Below, piece by piece: positions 1 through 9,325 of a DNA stretch of 64,000 bases. The DNA comes from Bacteroidota bacterium. Lineage in GTDB: Bacteria > Bacteroidota > Bacteroidia > JABEUT01. The notes under the pieces were generated by a model. It was not told the DNA's origin, searched no databases, and saw only the letters and a program-made list of their open reading frames with translations. Positions within the stretch are counted from its first letter, which is position 1, and each line of letters begins with the position of its first letter. The position numbers and the translations under genes were made by a program. Where the stretch lies: positions 217 to 64,216 of the forward strand of contig JABDHI010000005.1 in assembly GCA_013285655.1 (NCBI GenBank). The letters run 5' to 3'.

Positions 1-456
1 ACCCAGGCCACATCGAGGCTAGAACAGCAATATGGCCGTGAACCTACCGCGGAAGAAGTTGCCGAAATAACCAAAATGACTGAAGCCGACGTTAAAATGT
101 CGATACAGAACTACGCCCGTACCGTTTCAATGGATGCACCATTAGGTGGTGAGGACGATGATGGAAATATGTATGATGTTACCGAAGACAAAGCAGCTGT
201 TAGCCCTGAAAATGAGCTGATGGTAGAATCGCTGAAAACAGAAGTAACCCGTACTTTGTCAACCATACCTCCACGTGAGGCTGATGTGCTTAAGTTCTAC
301 TTTGGTTTAGGAAGCATTCCGCAACCTATGCTGATAGAAGAAATAGCCAGAAGGCTGGATATTTCTCCTGAAAGAGTTAGGCAAATCAAGGATAAGGCTA
401 TACGCAGGTTAAGGCATAATTCAAGAAGCAAAATCTTGAAAACATATCTGGGATAA
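1..456 (+). CDS. SigA/RpoD-family sigma-70 factor, Bacteroidota type (5' end outside window; regions 3-4)
   Basis: Frame open from base 1 (TQATSRLEQQYGREPTAEEVAE, region 3); SMDAPL; region 4 EEIARRLDISPERVRQIKDKAIRRL; C-terminus SRSKILKTYLG typical of Bacteroidota SigA. Confidence 0.92.
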   Translation, partial: TQATSRLEQQYGREPTAEEVAEITKMTEADVKMSIQNYARTVSMDAPLGGEDDDGNMYDVTEDKAAVSPENELMVESLKTEVTRTLSTIPPREADVLKFYFGLGSIPQPMLIEEIARRLDISPERVRQIKDKAIRRLRHNSRSKILKTYLG

Positions 457-463
457 GGCATAA

Positions 464-495
464 TTTGCCGGGTTATTCATATTTACTTAACTTTG
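464..495 (+). promoter_or_regulatory. Bacteroidota -33/-7 promoter for plsY
   Basis: TTTG (464-467), 20-nt spacer, TAACTTTG (488-495). Confidence 0.75.
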
Positions 496-515
496 TATGT
501 ATATAACCTTGGTTT

Positions 516-1166
516 ATGATTGAATTACAGGATGTTATCTTGTTTTTGGCAGCCTATTTAATAGGTTCTATACCTACATCGGTTTGGATTGGAAGGCGTT
601 TTTATGCTACCGACGTGAGAGAACACGGCAGCGGTAATGCCGGTGCCACTAATACCCTAAGAACTTTAGGCAAAAAAGCCGGATTGGTGGTTTTGCTTAT
701 CGATATTTTTAAAGGATGGTTGGCAGTATCATTAGCTGTATTAAGTACCTATCCTAAAGGTTCGAGCCAACTTATTCATTTAGAGGTTGCTATGGCTTTT
801 GCAGCCATTATAGGCCATATATTTCCTATTTATGTTGGCTTTAAAGGCGGAAAAGGTGTGGCAACTACCATGGGCATTATTATTGGTATTTCTCCCATAA
901 TTGCATTGCTTTGCCTAATTGTATTTGCTGTGGTTCTTTTAGTTTCTCACTACGTATCACTGGCGTCAATATTGGCTGTTGCGAGCTTTCCTTTCTGGAT
1001 AACTACGGTATTTAAGAGTCATTATTCGGGTTTTGTATATTCCTGGCTCATTGCCTTTTCAATACTCTTGCCAATGATGGTAATTATCATGCATCGTAAG
1101 AACATTTCGCGTTTACTTAAAAGGCAAGAATCGGAGCTTAATCTTTTTAGTAAAAAGAAGGATTAG
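516..1166 (+). CDS. plsY: Glycerol-3-phosphate acyltransferase PlsY
   Basis: AYLIGSIP, GSGNAGATN, DIFKG, GHIFP, GGKGVAT, HRKNI motifs; multipass membrane protein. Confidence 0.97.
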   Translation: MIELQDVILFLAAYLIGSIPTSVWIGRRFYATDVREHGSGNAGATNTLRTLGKKAGLVVLLIDIFKGWLAVSLAVLSTYPKGSSQLIHLEVAMAFAAIIGHIFPIYVGFKGGKGVATTMGIIIGISPIIALLCLIVFAVVLLVSHYVSLASILAVASFPFWITTVFKSHYSGFVYSWLIAFSILLPMMVIIMHRKNISRLLKRQESELNLFSKKKD

Positions 1167-1197
1167 GCAGAAAGTGCGGCTACCCTGTCAAAATCAT

Positions 1198-1205
1198 TAA
1201 CTTTG
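1198..1205 (+). promoter_or_regulatory. -7 promoter element
   Basis: TAACTTTG upstream of the giant ORF. Confidence 0.6.
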
Positions 1206-1263
1206 TAGCTTAAGCTTAACACAACCGCTTTAAAACTTATTTGTGCCGGGGAAACAGTTGGTA

Positions 1264-4200
1264 ATGAAACATAGGATAAAGACAAAATGCACGCAAGCCA
1301 TAATAGTATACATTATGGCTTTGTCTTTACTATTCACTACTAAGCTAGTTGCACAAAAAGGTCCGGTTAACGAATCTCAGCTAAAAAAACAGGCTAATGC
1401 TAATTTCGAAGATGAGAACTACGCTAAGGCATACCTTCAATATTCGCAGCTATTAAGCTTATATCCGCAGGACCCTAACTACAATTATCGTTTTGGGGCT
1501 TGTATGCTCTTCTCGCAATCTGACAAAAAGAAGCCCATTGACTATATTGAAACAGCTGTTAAGCAAACCTCAGTAGACAACCTGGCTTATTTTTATTTAG
1601 GTAGGGCCTATCACCTGAACTATCGCTTTGATGATGCAATAAAAGCATACCAGCATTTTAAACAAAATGCATCTTCATCAGAATTAAAGAAACATCCGGT
1701 TGACAGATTAATAGAGATGTGTAACAATGGCAAACAATTGCTGGGCAATCTGCATGACCTTGATGTATTGCGAAAGAAAGAGCTGGACATGAGCGACTAT
1801 TACCAATCGTATGACCTTAGCTCAAATGGTGGCACTCTATTAGCAGAACCCGATGACTTTAAAACAAAGACTGATAAAAAGAAAGGGTTAAATTCTATCA
1901 TTTATTTATCGCCAGATAGGACTCAATTGTTTTTTGCGAGCTACGGTGATGATGATAAGAACGGGAAAGACATTTACATGGCTTACCGTTTACCTAACGG
2001 AGCATGGGGAAAAGCAAATAACATAGGTCCTGTTATCAACACGCCTTATGATGAAGATTATCCGTTTTACGATGGCCCTACACGCACATTATACTTTTCA
2101 TCAACCGGACACAATAGTATGGGCGGGTACGATATTTTCAGATCAACTTACGATGAGGCTACTAAAAGTTGGTCAGCCCCGGTAAATATGAACTTCCCAA
2201 TCAACTCTCCCGGAGATGATATTCTCTTTATAGCCGATACTATGAATGAGACAGCGTTCTTTTCATCAACCCGTACGGCACCTGATGGAAGAGTCGGCGT
2301 TTATAAAATTGCTATTCAGCCACACGCACCCGATTTCTTAGTGGTGAAAGGAACAACATATAATGATGGAGGAACAGCTTTAGCGGCATCGCGAATTACA
2401 GTAAAGAACTTCCAGACCAATGAAGTAATTGGCATATTTAATACCACTGCCGACAATGGCAACTATGTTATGAACCTGGCCAATGGCGGGCATTTTATTT
2501 ATACGGTAGAAACACCAAATCACAAAACACAATCAGAAGCAGTTACGCTGCCAATGCAGGAGGAGCTAACGCCGTTTGTACAACAGATCTGCTACGAACC
2601 TAATACCGACAGGTTAATTATCAGGAACAATAATCAAGGTAGCGTAAGCGATTCGAACTACCTGATGGCTATGGAGCTCATACAAAAGAATTCCTCGTTA
2701 GATGTGAATATTGATACCACAGTACAACATAAGTTTAAACCTGCAACATTAAACAATCCAACAACTACACCAGATACTGCCTCTCACCAAACAAACAATC
2801 CGGTTGCTGTAACAAACCCTACTCCTACTAACGTAACACCACCCGATACTACATCTACTGAACCCGATTCAACCGACATTGCAATTGATACTACCGGCAA
2901 AAAAGGTGTAAGTTCTAATCAAATTGAGCAAATAGCCGCCAATGATGCCAAACAAAAACAAGCTGATGCTCAAACTGAAAAAGAAGAAGCAAACAGAGAT
3001 ATTGAATATGCAACTAACAAGCTAATTGAGGCACAACAACTAACTAAGCTCGCAAACCAAACAGCAGCTACAGCCGATAACATTACCGACCCCAAACAAA
3101 AAAGCGATACGTTGGCCCGTGCTAACCAGTTAAAACAACAGGCCGATGATGCCAACAAAAAAGCGGTAGAAGGCTTCCAACTTGCATCGCAACAACAAAT
3201 TGAGGCAACGGTAAAACAAAAGGAAGCAGACCATGCTACGCAATACGCTACCAACTTAAGTTCTGCATTAAAGTCGGCTGATAAAGAAAAGGAAATTAAA
3301 AGGCTGCAAGCACAACGTGATAGCTTAGAACACCAGGATGAGGCGAACCCGCCAACCACACCAACTGCGGGAGACCTTATACGTATGCAGGCGCAAAATG
3401 CGAAACAAGATTCTGTTGAGGTTGTGAAACATAATGCCGACCTCCAAAAAGAAGCGGACCGCCTTCAGCAAGAATCTGATGACTATGTAACACAAGCACA
3501 AAAGACTGACAATGCAAATGAAAAACTAGCATTGCTTGCGCAAGCACGCGATTTAACCAATAGTAAAAAAGAAAAAGAGAACGAGATACAAGACAACCAA
3601 AAATCATTGGTTCAATTACACGATCAATACAATAATTTGCTTACAGAAGCAAACCAAATTGATAGCGCTACCAAAAGCAACCCGCAAAGCCAACAGCTTA
3701 GCAGCACTGATGTTACAAACATTAAAACAGATATAAGGAATTATACTCCAACAAATAATAATCCGGTAATTGCAGCTACCGATACCAGTCACCATGTTCA
3801 GCCGGTTAATGCAGTTGTAAATAACCCAACACCAATTAACCCAATTATAAAAGACACAACACATGCTGCACAAACGAATCCGGTTGTAGTAAATAATCCT
3901 CAACCTAATCCTGTACAGAACAATCCGGATACAAACCACGCACAAGCAAGTAACCCGGTGGTTGTAAATAATCCAACCTCGACTAAACCTACTCCGGCAG
4001 ATACAACTCATAATAGCCAACCGGTTAATCCTGTGGTGATAAATACACCACAACCTAACCCTGCTGTTACTTACTCTACTCCACAGGCTTCACGAACAAC
4101 AAACAATGCTATTCAATTCAGTAAAGAAGCAAATGATTTAAGCTTATTGGCAAATAGCGCTCGCACAGAAGCTAAACAAGCTACCGACCCAGAACAAGCT

Positions 4201-6759
4201 AAGGCTTTAAATCGCAAAGCTGACTCGCTTGACGATGCAGCACAAGAGCAACGGATTGTTTCATCATTGTTCCTTGATAATGCTGATAGTGCTCAATACC
4301 GCGCCAATCAATTGCAATTAACAGCATGGCAGGCATCTGTTCAAAATAACAATTCTGATTCAGTTGTTAAGGCACAATCGTTGTTATTAGATGCGAAAGG
4401 ATACCATGACCAGGCTGTGAAAGAAAGACAGGAAGCCGACAACACTACTTCGCCTACACAAAAGCAACTGCATTTAGATAATGCTCGCCAGGCGATGGAA
4501 ACTGCTATAACGAAACAACAACAAGCTCACGATATCTTCTTACAAGCAAACCCATCACTTAATACAGTAGCCTCTGCATCAGATACTTCACATCATGCAA
4601 CTAACCCTGTTGTTGTAAATAATCCGCAACCTACTGTTGTGCAAGGCAACCCGGATACTACGCATGCACAACCAAACAATCCGGTTGTTGTAAATAATCC
4701 ACAGCCTAATCCAGTTCAAACCAATCCTGATACTACTCACGCACAATCAAACAATCCAATTGCTGTAAATAATCCGCAGCCCAACCCGGTTCAAAACAAC
4801 CCTACACAGGTTAAAGATACCACCCACGCTGCACAACCAAATAACCCCGTTGTAGTAAATAATCCTCAACCTAACTCCGTTCATAATAACCCTACACCAA
4901 TAGTTAAAGACACGGGTAATTCGTCACAACCGAACAACCCTGTGGTTGCTAGCAATCCACGGCCTAACCCTGTGCAAAACAATCCTAATACTACTAGCCC
5001 TCAACCAATTAACGGCGGTGTAAATAATCAAACTAATCCTGTTGCAGTAAATAACCCTACACCTGTAAACAGTACGCCTGTAAACACAACAAACCGAGAC
5101 CTAACTGAAAATAAAGGATTGGTCAACTTCCCGCAACAGTATAAGCACAATCAAATAGAAGATATTACGGAAGCTCAAACTTCTCCTTATTCAGAAACAC
5201 ACCCAATACCTATTAACCCTCCATTGCCTGAAGGTTTGGTGTACAAGGTTCAGATAGGCGCATTTAAGAAACCTATACCGCAAGCAGCATTTAAGGGCCT
5301 TCAACCTATTGCCGGGGAAACTACCACTAAAGGATTTACCCGTTACACGGCAGGTATATTCAAAGAGCTGGATAAGGCCAATAATGCCAAAAACAGGGTG
5401 CATAAAATTGGTTACCGAGATGCTTTTGTAGTAGCTTTCTACAATGGCAAGCGTATTTCGCTTAAACAAGCCGAAGCATTGCAAAATGGCGGAACATTAC
5501 CTGCTGACGTAACTCAACCGGTAGCAGTAAACAATGGTGGCAACCCTACTACAAATAATACCAATACTCCTCAGAACAATACCACGGCTAACAGGATACA
5601 ACAAAACGGTGGTACAGCAAATTCAATAGCAGTTAATGATGTGAAAGGCTTATTCTTTACCGTACAGGTAGGTGCATTTAAAACCGAGGTAACGGCTGAT
5701 AAACTTTATAACCTGAGCCCATTATTCTCGAAAAGCGGAACAAATGGAAACATTCGCTACAACTGCGGTATGTATAGCGATGTGGCAAAAGCCACTTCAG
5801 CTAAAGAATCTATTGTAAGTAAAACTCGTATAAAAGATGCCTTTGTTACGGCTTATTATAATGGCGAGCGCATATCATTGGCAAAAGCAGCAGAATTATT
5901 AGGTAATAAAAATGCATCATTACCAAAGAGTAATGACCTGGACAGGACACCTAGTGCAGACAACAATAATACTCCGGCTCCTACACCCGCCGTACCAACA
6001 CCTGCGCCTCCAACTCCGGTTGCCGACAAGAGTATTTTTGATACAACGGCCTTTCCCGAAGGAAATATTTATGCGGTAGTACTTGCTGATATTCATGGCG
6101 ACCTGACTGGCGATGATGAAACCAAAGTGCTTAGCGTGGCTATACAGCATGGGGTAAGTATACATACCAGCAAAACAGGGCGTAAGATCTATACAACCGG
6201 AAAGTGCACCTCTTATAAAACAGCCGATTCATTAAAAGCTACCATATTGGCCACCATACCTAATGCCGCGGTGTTAGAATTTGTAAATAACCAGCCGATG
6301 GAGTATAGCGGGGGGAACGGTTTACCTGCACCAAAAACAAACAAAAACAGTGGTAATAAAGGAGCAGTTAGAGCCCCTGAGAATAATACGCAACCTGTAA
6401 ACAACCCGCCTCCGGTACAAAGCACCTCGGCCCCTGTTACAAATACAAGCAATGAACCTAGCGCTGCGGACATTAAAACAGGTAAGGTTGTATTTTGTGT
6501 GCAGGTAGGCGCCTATTCTGGTCAAATACCCGTAAATGTGGCTAACAATCTTATTAAAATAGCCAATCAGGGCTTAACCCCACATGACGAGGGAAATAAT
6601 GTGACTGCATATACTATGGGTAGCTATACAAATTATCCATCGGCTAAACTGCTTAAAGATGAGATAACACAGGCCGGTTTCCCTGGTTGTTTTGTGGTGG
6701 CTTACCATAATGGCAAGAAAATTTCATTGCAGGAAGCACAATCGCTGATAAATAAATAA
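1264..6759 (+). CDS. Giant exported protein: TPR + PD40 beta-propeller + carboxypeptidase-regulatory-like domain + coiled-coil/N-P-T-rich stalk + C-terminal SPOR-like repeats
   Basis: Signal peptide (ATG at 1264 preferred over GTG at 1243); TPR (AYFYLGRAYHLNYRFDDAIKAY); PD40 motifs (INTPYDEDYPF, LYFSSTGHNSMGGYDIF); repeated VQ(I/V)GA(F/Y)...FVVAYxNGxRI domains. Confidence 0.8.
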   Translation: MKHRIKTKCTQAIIVYIMALSLLFTTKLVAQKGPVNESQLKKQANANFEDENYAKAYLQYSQLLSLYPQDPNYNYRFGACMLFSQSDKKKPIDYIETAVKQTSVDNLAYFYLGRAYHLNYRFDDAIKAYQHFKQNASSSELKKHPVDRLIEMCNNGKQLLGNLHDLDVLRKKELDMSDYYQSYDLSSNGGTLLAEPDDFKTKTDKKKGLNSIIYLSPDRTQLFFASYGDDDKNGKDIYMAYRLPNGAWGKANNIGPVINTPYDEDYPFYDGPTRTLYFSSTGHNSMGGYDIFRSTYDEATKSWSAPVNMNFPINSPGDDILFIADTMNETAFFSSTRTAPDGRVGVYKIAIQPHAPDFLVVKGTTYNDGGTALAASRITVKNFQTNEVIGIFNTTADNGNYVMNLANGGHFIYTVETPNHKTQSEAVTLPMQEELTPFVQQICYEPNTDRLIIRNNNQGSVSDSNYLMAMELIQKNSSLDVNIDTTVQHKFKPATLNNPTTTPDTASHQTNNPVAVTNPTPTNVTPPDTTSTEPDSTDIAIDTTGKKGVSSNQIEQIAANDAKQKQADAQTEKEEANRDIEYATNKLIEAQQLTKLANQTAATADNITDPKQKSDTLARANQLKQQADDANKKAVEGFQLASQQQIEATVKQKEADHATQYATNLSSALKSADKEKEIKRLQAQRDSLEHQDEANPPTTPTAGDLIRMQAQNAKQDSVEVVKHNADLQKEADRLQQESDDYVTQAQKTDNANEKLALLAQARDLTNSKKEKENEIQDNQKSLVQLHDQYNNLLTEANQIDSATKSNPQSQQLSSTDVTNIKTDIRNYTPTNNNPVIAATDTSHHVQPVNAVVNNPTPINPIIKDTTHAAQTNPVVVNNPQPNPVQNNPDTNHAQASNPVVVNNPTSTKPTPADTTHNSQPVNPVVINTPQPNPAVTYSTPQASRTTNNAIQFSKEANDLSLLANSARTEAKQATDPEQAKALNRKADSLDDAAQEQRIVSSLFLDNADSAQYRANQLQLTAWQASVQNNNSDSVVKAQSLLLDAKGYHDQAVKERQEADNTTSPTQKQLHLDNARQAMETAITKQQQAHDIFLQANPSLNTVASASDTSHHATNPVVVNNPQPTVVQGNPDTTHAQPNNPVVVNNPQPNPVQTNPDTTHAQSNNPIAVNNPQPNPVQNNPTQVKDTTHAAQPNNPVVVNNPQPNSVHNNPTPIVKDTGNSSQPNNPVVASNPRPNPVQNNPNTTSPQPINGGVNNQTNPVAVNNPTPVNSTPVNTTNRDLTENKGLVNFPQQYKHNQIEDITEAQTSPYSETHPIPINPPLPEGLVYKVQIGAFKKPIPQAAFKGLQPIAGETTTKGFTRYTAGIFKELDKANNAKNRVHKIGYRDAFVVAFYNGKRISLKQAEALQNGGTLPADVTQPVAVNNGGNPTTNNTNTPQNNTTANRIQQNGGTANSIAVNDVKGLFFTVQVGAFKTEVTADKLYNLSPLFSKSGTNGNIRYNCGMYSDVAKATSAKESIVSKTRIKDAFVTAYYNGERISLAKAAELLGNKNASLPKSNDLDRTPSADNNNTPAPTPAVPTPAPPTPVADKSIFDTTAFPEGNIYAVVLADIHGDLTGDDETKVLSVAIQHGVSIHTSKTGRKIYTTGKCTSYKTADSLKATILATIPNAAVLEFVNNQPMEYSGGNGLPAPKTNKNSGNKGAVRAPENNTQPVNNPPPVQSTSAPVTNTSNEPSAADIKTGKVVFCVQVGAYSGQIPVNVANNLIKIANQGLTPHDEGNNVTAYTMGSYTNYPSAKLLKDEITQAGFPGCFVVAYHNGKKISLQEAQSLINK
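3750..5095 (+). repeat. Two blocks (about 3750-4075 and 4575-5095) of degenerate intragenic repeats encoding DTTHAQxNNPVVVNNPQPNPVQxNP
   Basis: Recurring DNA such as gttgtaaataatcc and caacctaa/cagcctaa; about 25-aa peptide units visible in the translation. Confidence 0.85.
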
Positions 6760-6778
6760 GCACAACACTACAAATTAT

Positions 6779-6786
6779 TATATTTG
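6779..6786 (+). promoter_or_regulatory. -7 promoter element for clpS / tRNA-Arg
   Basis: TATATTTG 16 nt before the clpS ATG. Confidence 0.6.
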
Positions 6787-6802
6787 CACCCCAATTTTAG
6801 AC

Positions 6803-7084
6803 ATGAGCTTTACAGAAACAGAAGAAATAGTATTAGAAAGAACGCTTAAAAGCAATCAGCATGCGCTAATTGTGTATAACGACGACTTCAATACTTTTGA
6901 CCATGTGATTGAAACGCTCAAGGATTTATGCGGGCACACTACCGAACAGGCTGAGCAATGCACTTTGTTGATCCACTATAAAGGAAAGTGCGATGTAAAG
7001 CGCGGAAGTGTAAAACAACTTAAGCCCATTTTTGAAGGCTTATGCGAAAGGGGATTAAGTGCGGGTATAGAACAATTGGTATAG
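6803..7084 (+). CDS. clpS: ATP-dependent Clp protease adaptor ClpS
   Basis: LIVYNDDFNTFDHVI, QAEQCTLLIHYKGKC. Confidence 0.95.
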   Translation: MSFTETEEIVLERTLKSNQHALIVYNDDFNTFDHVIETLKDLCGHTTEQAEQCTLLIHYKGKCDVKRGSVKQLKPIFEGLCERGLSAGIEQLV

Positions 7085-7102
7085 GTAGTATTAGATAATG
7101 AT

Positions 7103-7176
7103 GGTTCCGTAGCTCAATTGGATAGAGCATCTGACTACGGATCAGAAGGTTTGGGGTTCGACTCCCTACGGGACCA
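7103..7176 (+). tRNA. tRNA-Arg(ACG)
   Basis: Acceptor GGTTCCG/CGGGACC, D arm AGCTCAATTGGATAGAGC, anticodon arm TCTGA-CT-ACG-GA-TCAGA, T loop GTTCGAC; CCA not encoded. Confidence 0.97.
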
Positions 7177-7184
7177 CATGATAG

Positions 7185-7215
7185 ACCCGCAAACATTTAG
7201 TTTGCGGGTTCATTA
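7185..7215 (+). terminator. Intrinsic terminator after tRNA-Arg
   Basis: ACCCGCAAAC / GTTTGCGGGT 10-bp stem followed by a T-rich tract. Confidence 0.75.
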
Positions 7216-7320
7216 TTTAAACTACAAAAGCCAAATGCCTGCATGAAACTTATATTGAATAACACTATATTTATACTTGTTGTTTAAGACCAACTCAAAA
7301 TAACCCGCAATTACACCCCC

Positions 7321-8190
7321 TTGGTATCGCTTAGTATAATTATACCGGCTTATAACGAAGAACATTCTCTTCGTATTTTTTTACCACAGGTTATTGATTT
7401 TTGCAAACAGCGAGACTATAAGCTAATAGTAGTAAACGATGGCTCGACAGATGGCACAAAAAAAATACTTTCGGAATATTTAAACGATCGTAGCACCTTG
7501 ACAGTTTTACACAATAAGGTAAATAGCGGTTACGGTGCAGCCATAAAAAGAGGCGTACGCGAAGCAACTACCGATTTTATAATAACTATTGATGCAGACG
7601 GCCAGCATAGTCTGGACGATGTAGACAGGCTTTTTAAAACAGCAATTGATGAAGATGCTGATATGGTTGTGGGTAATCGTGGTGTCAGTTCTACCTTTTA
7701 TCGTAACATAGGCAAGTGGTTAATAAGAACCGTCACTAAAATTTTAATGCCACTCGATATACATGATATCAATTCAGGAATGAAATTATATAACACTGAA
7801 TTGGCAAAAAAATACATATCCATTTGCCCGGAAACAATGGCATATAGTGATATTATTCTACTAACGTTCGTTTACCAAAAATGCAGAGTTATAGAAATTC
7901 CAATTACTATTAAACCGCGAACTCAGGGCGTTAGCACTATCAACACCATGACTGCTATAAATACACTTAGGGAATTAGTTAATATAGTTGTGCTTTTTAA
8001 TCCTATTGTAGTCTTCTTTCCACTCGGTATGTTTTGCATTGTTGCATCGGTTATTTGGGGTATACACATAAGCATTGCCGGAAAAGGTATTAGCACAGGA
8101 ACGCTTTTAGGAGTACTAACAGGAATTCTAATTTTGTTTATTGGTCTGCTAAGTCATCAAATAAGCGCCTTCCGGAAAGAAAAGTTTTAG
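7321..8190 (+). CDS. GT2 glycosyltransferase, DPM1/ArnC-like, with C-terminal TM helices
   Basis: SIIIPAYNEE, VNDGSTD, NSGYGAA, DADGQH, DINSGMK; TTG start uncertain. Confidence 0.9.
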   Translation: MVSLSIIIPAYNEEHSLRIFLPQVIDFCKQRDYKLIVVNDGSTDGTKKILSEYLNDRSTLTVLHNKVNSGYGAAIKRGVREATTDFIITIDADGQHSLDDVDRLFKTAIDEDADMVVGNRGVSSTFYRNIGKWLIRTVTKILMPLDIHDINSGMKLYNTELAKKYISICPETMAYSDIILLTFVYQKCRVIEIPITIKPRTQGVSTINTMTAINTLRELVNIVVLFNPIVVFFPLGMFCIVASVIWGIHISIAGKGISTGTLLGVLTGILILFIGLLSHQISAFRKEKF

Positions 8191-9050
8191 CCTAAGTATG
8201 TTTTAAGTATCTTACTTCCGGAACTTACCCTGAGTCTTCGTAAAGCCTTATCTTTTATTTGGCGTACACGTTCACGTGTTAGCCCGTGGCGTTGACCAAT
8301 TTCCTCTAGGGTAAGTGGGTGTTCCATACCAATGCCATAGAACAATATGATAGTATCGCTTTCGCGCGATGAGAGGCATGAAAGTATTCTTCTTATTTCC
8401 ATGCTCAAAGAAGACATCATAAGGTGTCCATCAGGCTGAGGACTTTCTTTATTCTCCAACACATCCATCAGTGTCATCTCTTCAGTACCACCAAGTGTAC
8501 TATCGGTAGATATATGCTTAGCCGAAGCGCCCCATGCGGCTTTCACTTCTTCTTCTCTCATCTCAAGTACAGCAGCAATTTCTTCAAGGCTCGGTTCTCT
8601 TTCCAGCATTTGCTCTAGTCTTCCTCCCGCCCTTTTAATTTTACTAACGGCACTCACTTTATTAAGCGGTAGTCGTATCATCCTAGAATTAACGGCCACG
8701 GCCTGAACAATACATTGGCGTATCCACCATACAGCATACGATATGAATTTGAAGCCGCGAGTCTCATCAAATTTTTTAGCCGCTTTTATAAGCCCCACAT
8801 TACCTTCGTTAATAAGATCGGATAATGTAAGCCCCTGATTTTGGTATTGTTTGGCAACAGAGACTACAAAGCGTAAGTTCGAAACAATAAGTTTTTCCAA
8901 CGCTTTCTCATCACCTGCATGTATCTTTTGTGCAAGTATCGTTTCCTCTTCCGCCGTAATCATACCTTCGCGGCTAATATCCGCAAGGTACTTATCGACT
9001 GACTGGCTGTCGCGATTGGTTATTAGTTTACTTATCTTGAGTTGCCTCAT
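8187..9050 (-). CDS. SigA/RpoD-family sigma-70 factor, second paralog
   Basis: MRQLKI N-terminus, NLRFVVSVAKQYQNQG, DLINEGNVGL, FDETRGFKFISYAVWWIRQ, LTRERVRQIK, SKILKTYLG. Confidence 0.96.
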   Translation of the reverse strand: MRQLKISKLITNRDSQSVDKYLADISREGMITAEEETILAQKIHAGDEKALEKLIVSNLRFVVSVAKQYQNQGLTLSDLINEGNVGLIKAAKKFDETRGFKFISYAVWWIRQCIVQAVAVNSRMIRLPLNKVSAVSKIKRAGGRLEQMLEREPSLEEIAAVLEMREEEVKAAWGASAKHISTDSTLGGTEEMTLMDVLENKESPQPDGHLMMSSLSMEIRRILSCLSSRESDTIILFYGIGMEHPLTLEEIGQRHGLTRERVRQIKDKALRRLRVSSGSKILKTYLG

Positions 9051-9071
9051 TCTACTTACAGGGATAAAAGA

Positions 9072-9314
9072 TTATACTTTCTTCCACTCATGTTTTTTAC
9101 CATCTCGGCAACCTGCCTGTGCAGGAACTTCAACAGTATTAACTTTCACTCCGCATCCTTCGCAGACGTATTTATTAAGTCCTTTCTCACCCATAACCAT
9201 CCAATTGTGGAACGAAGATTTCTTACATCCTCTGATTTTAGGTGTTGTTGTTTTTACCTGCACCTCAAAACAAGCTGTGCAACAGTAAACACTTAACGAT
9301 TTAGCTTTATGCAT
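9072..9314 (-). CDS. Small protein with two tandem CxxC-x14-C-x5-H putative zinc fingers
   Basis: Two repeats with identical spacing CxxC-x9-P-x3-GC-x5-HxW; fits between same-strand neighbours with 11- and 21-nt gaps. Confidence 0.8.
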   Translation of the reverse strand: MHKAKSLSVYCCTACFEVQVKTTTPKIRGCKKSSFHNWMVMGEKGLNKYVCEGCGVKVNTVEVPAQAGCRDGKKHEWKKV

Positions 9315-9325
9315 GTTTGGTTAGT

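Noticed and set aside
3750-5095. Repeats considered as a possible CRISPR or ncRNA array
   Set aside because: Degenerate, in frame and varying at synonymous positions; no constant repeat with unique spacers and no cas genes.
2970-6525. Minus-strand ORFs inside the giant gene
   Set aside because: Antisense shadows of a long, repetitive real gene; no recognisable motifs.
7103-7320. tRNA-Arg as an integration site
   Set aside because: No integrase, and no second copy of the tRNA 3' end noticed in the window.
8851-9296. Plus-strand Cys-containing ORFs 8851-9288 and 9042-9296
   Set aside because: They overlap the sigma and Zn-finger genes on the opposite strand; the minus-strand ORF has the patterned repeat and operon spacing.
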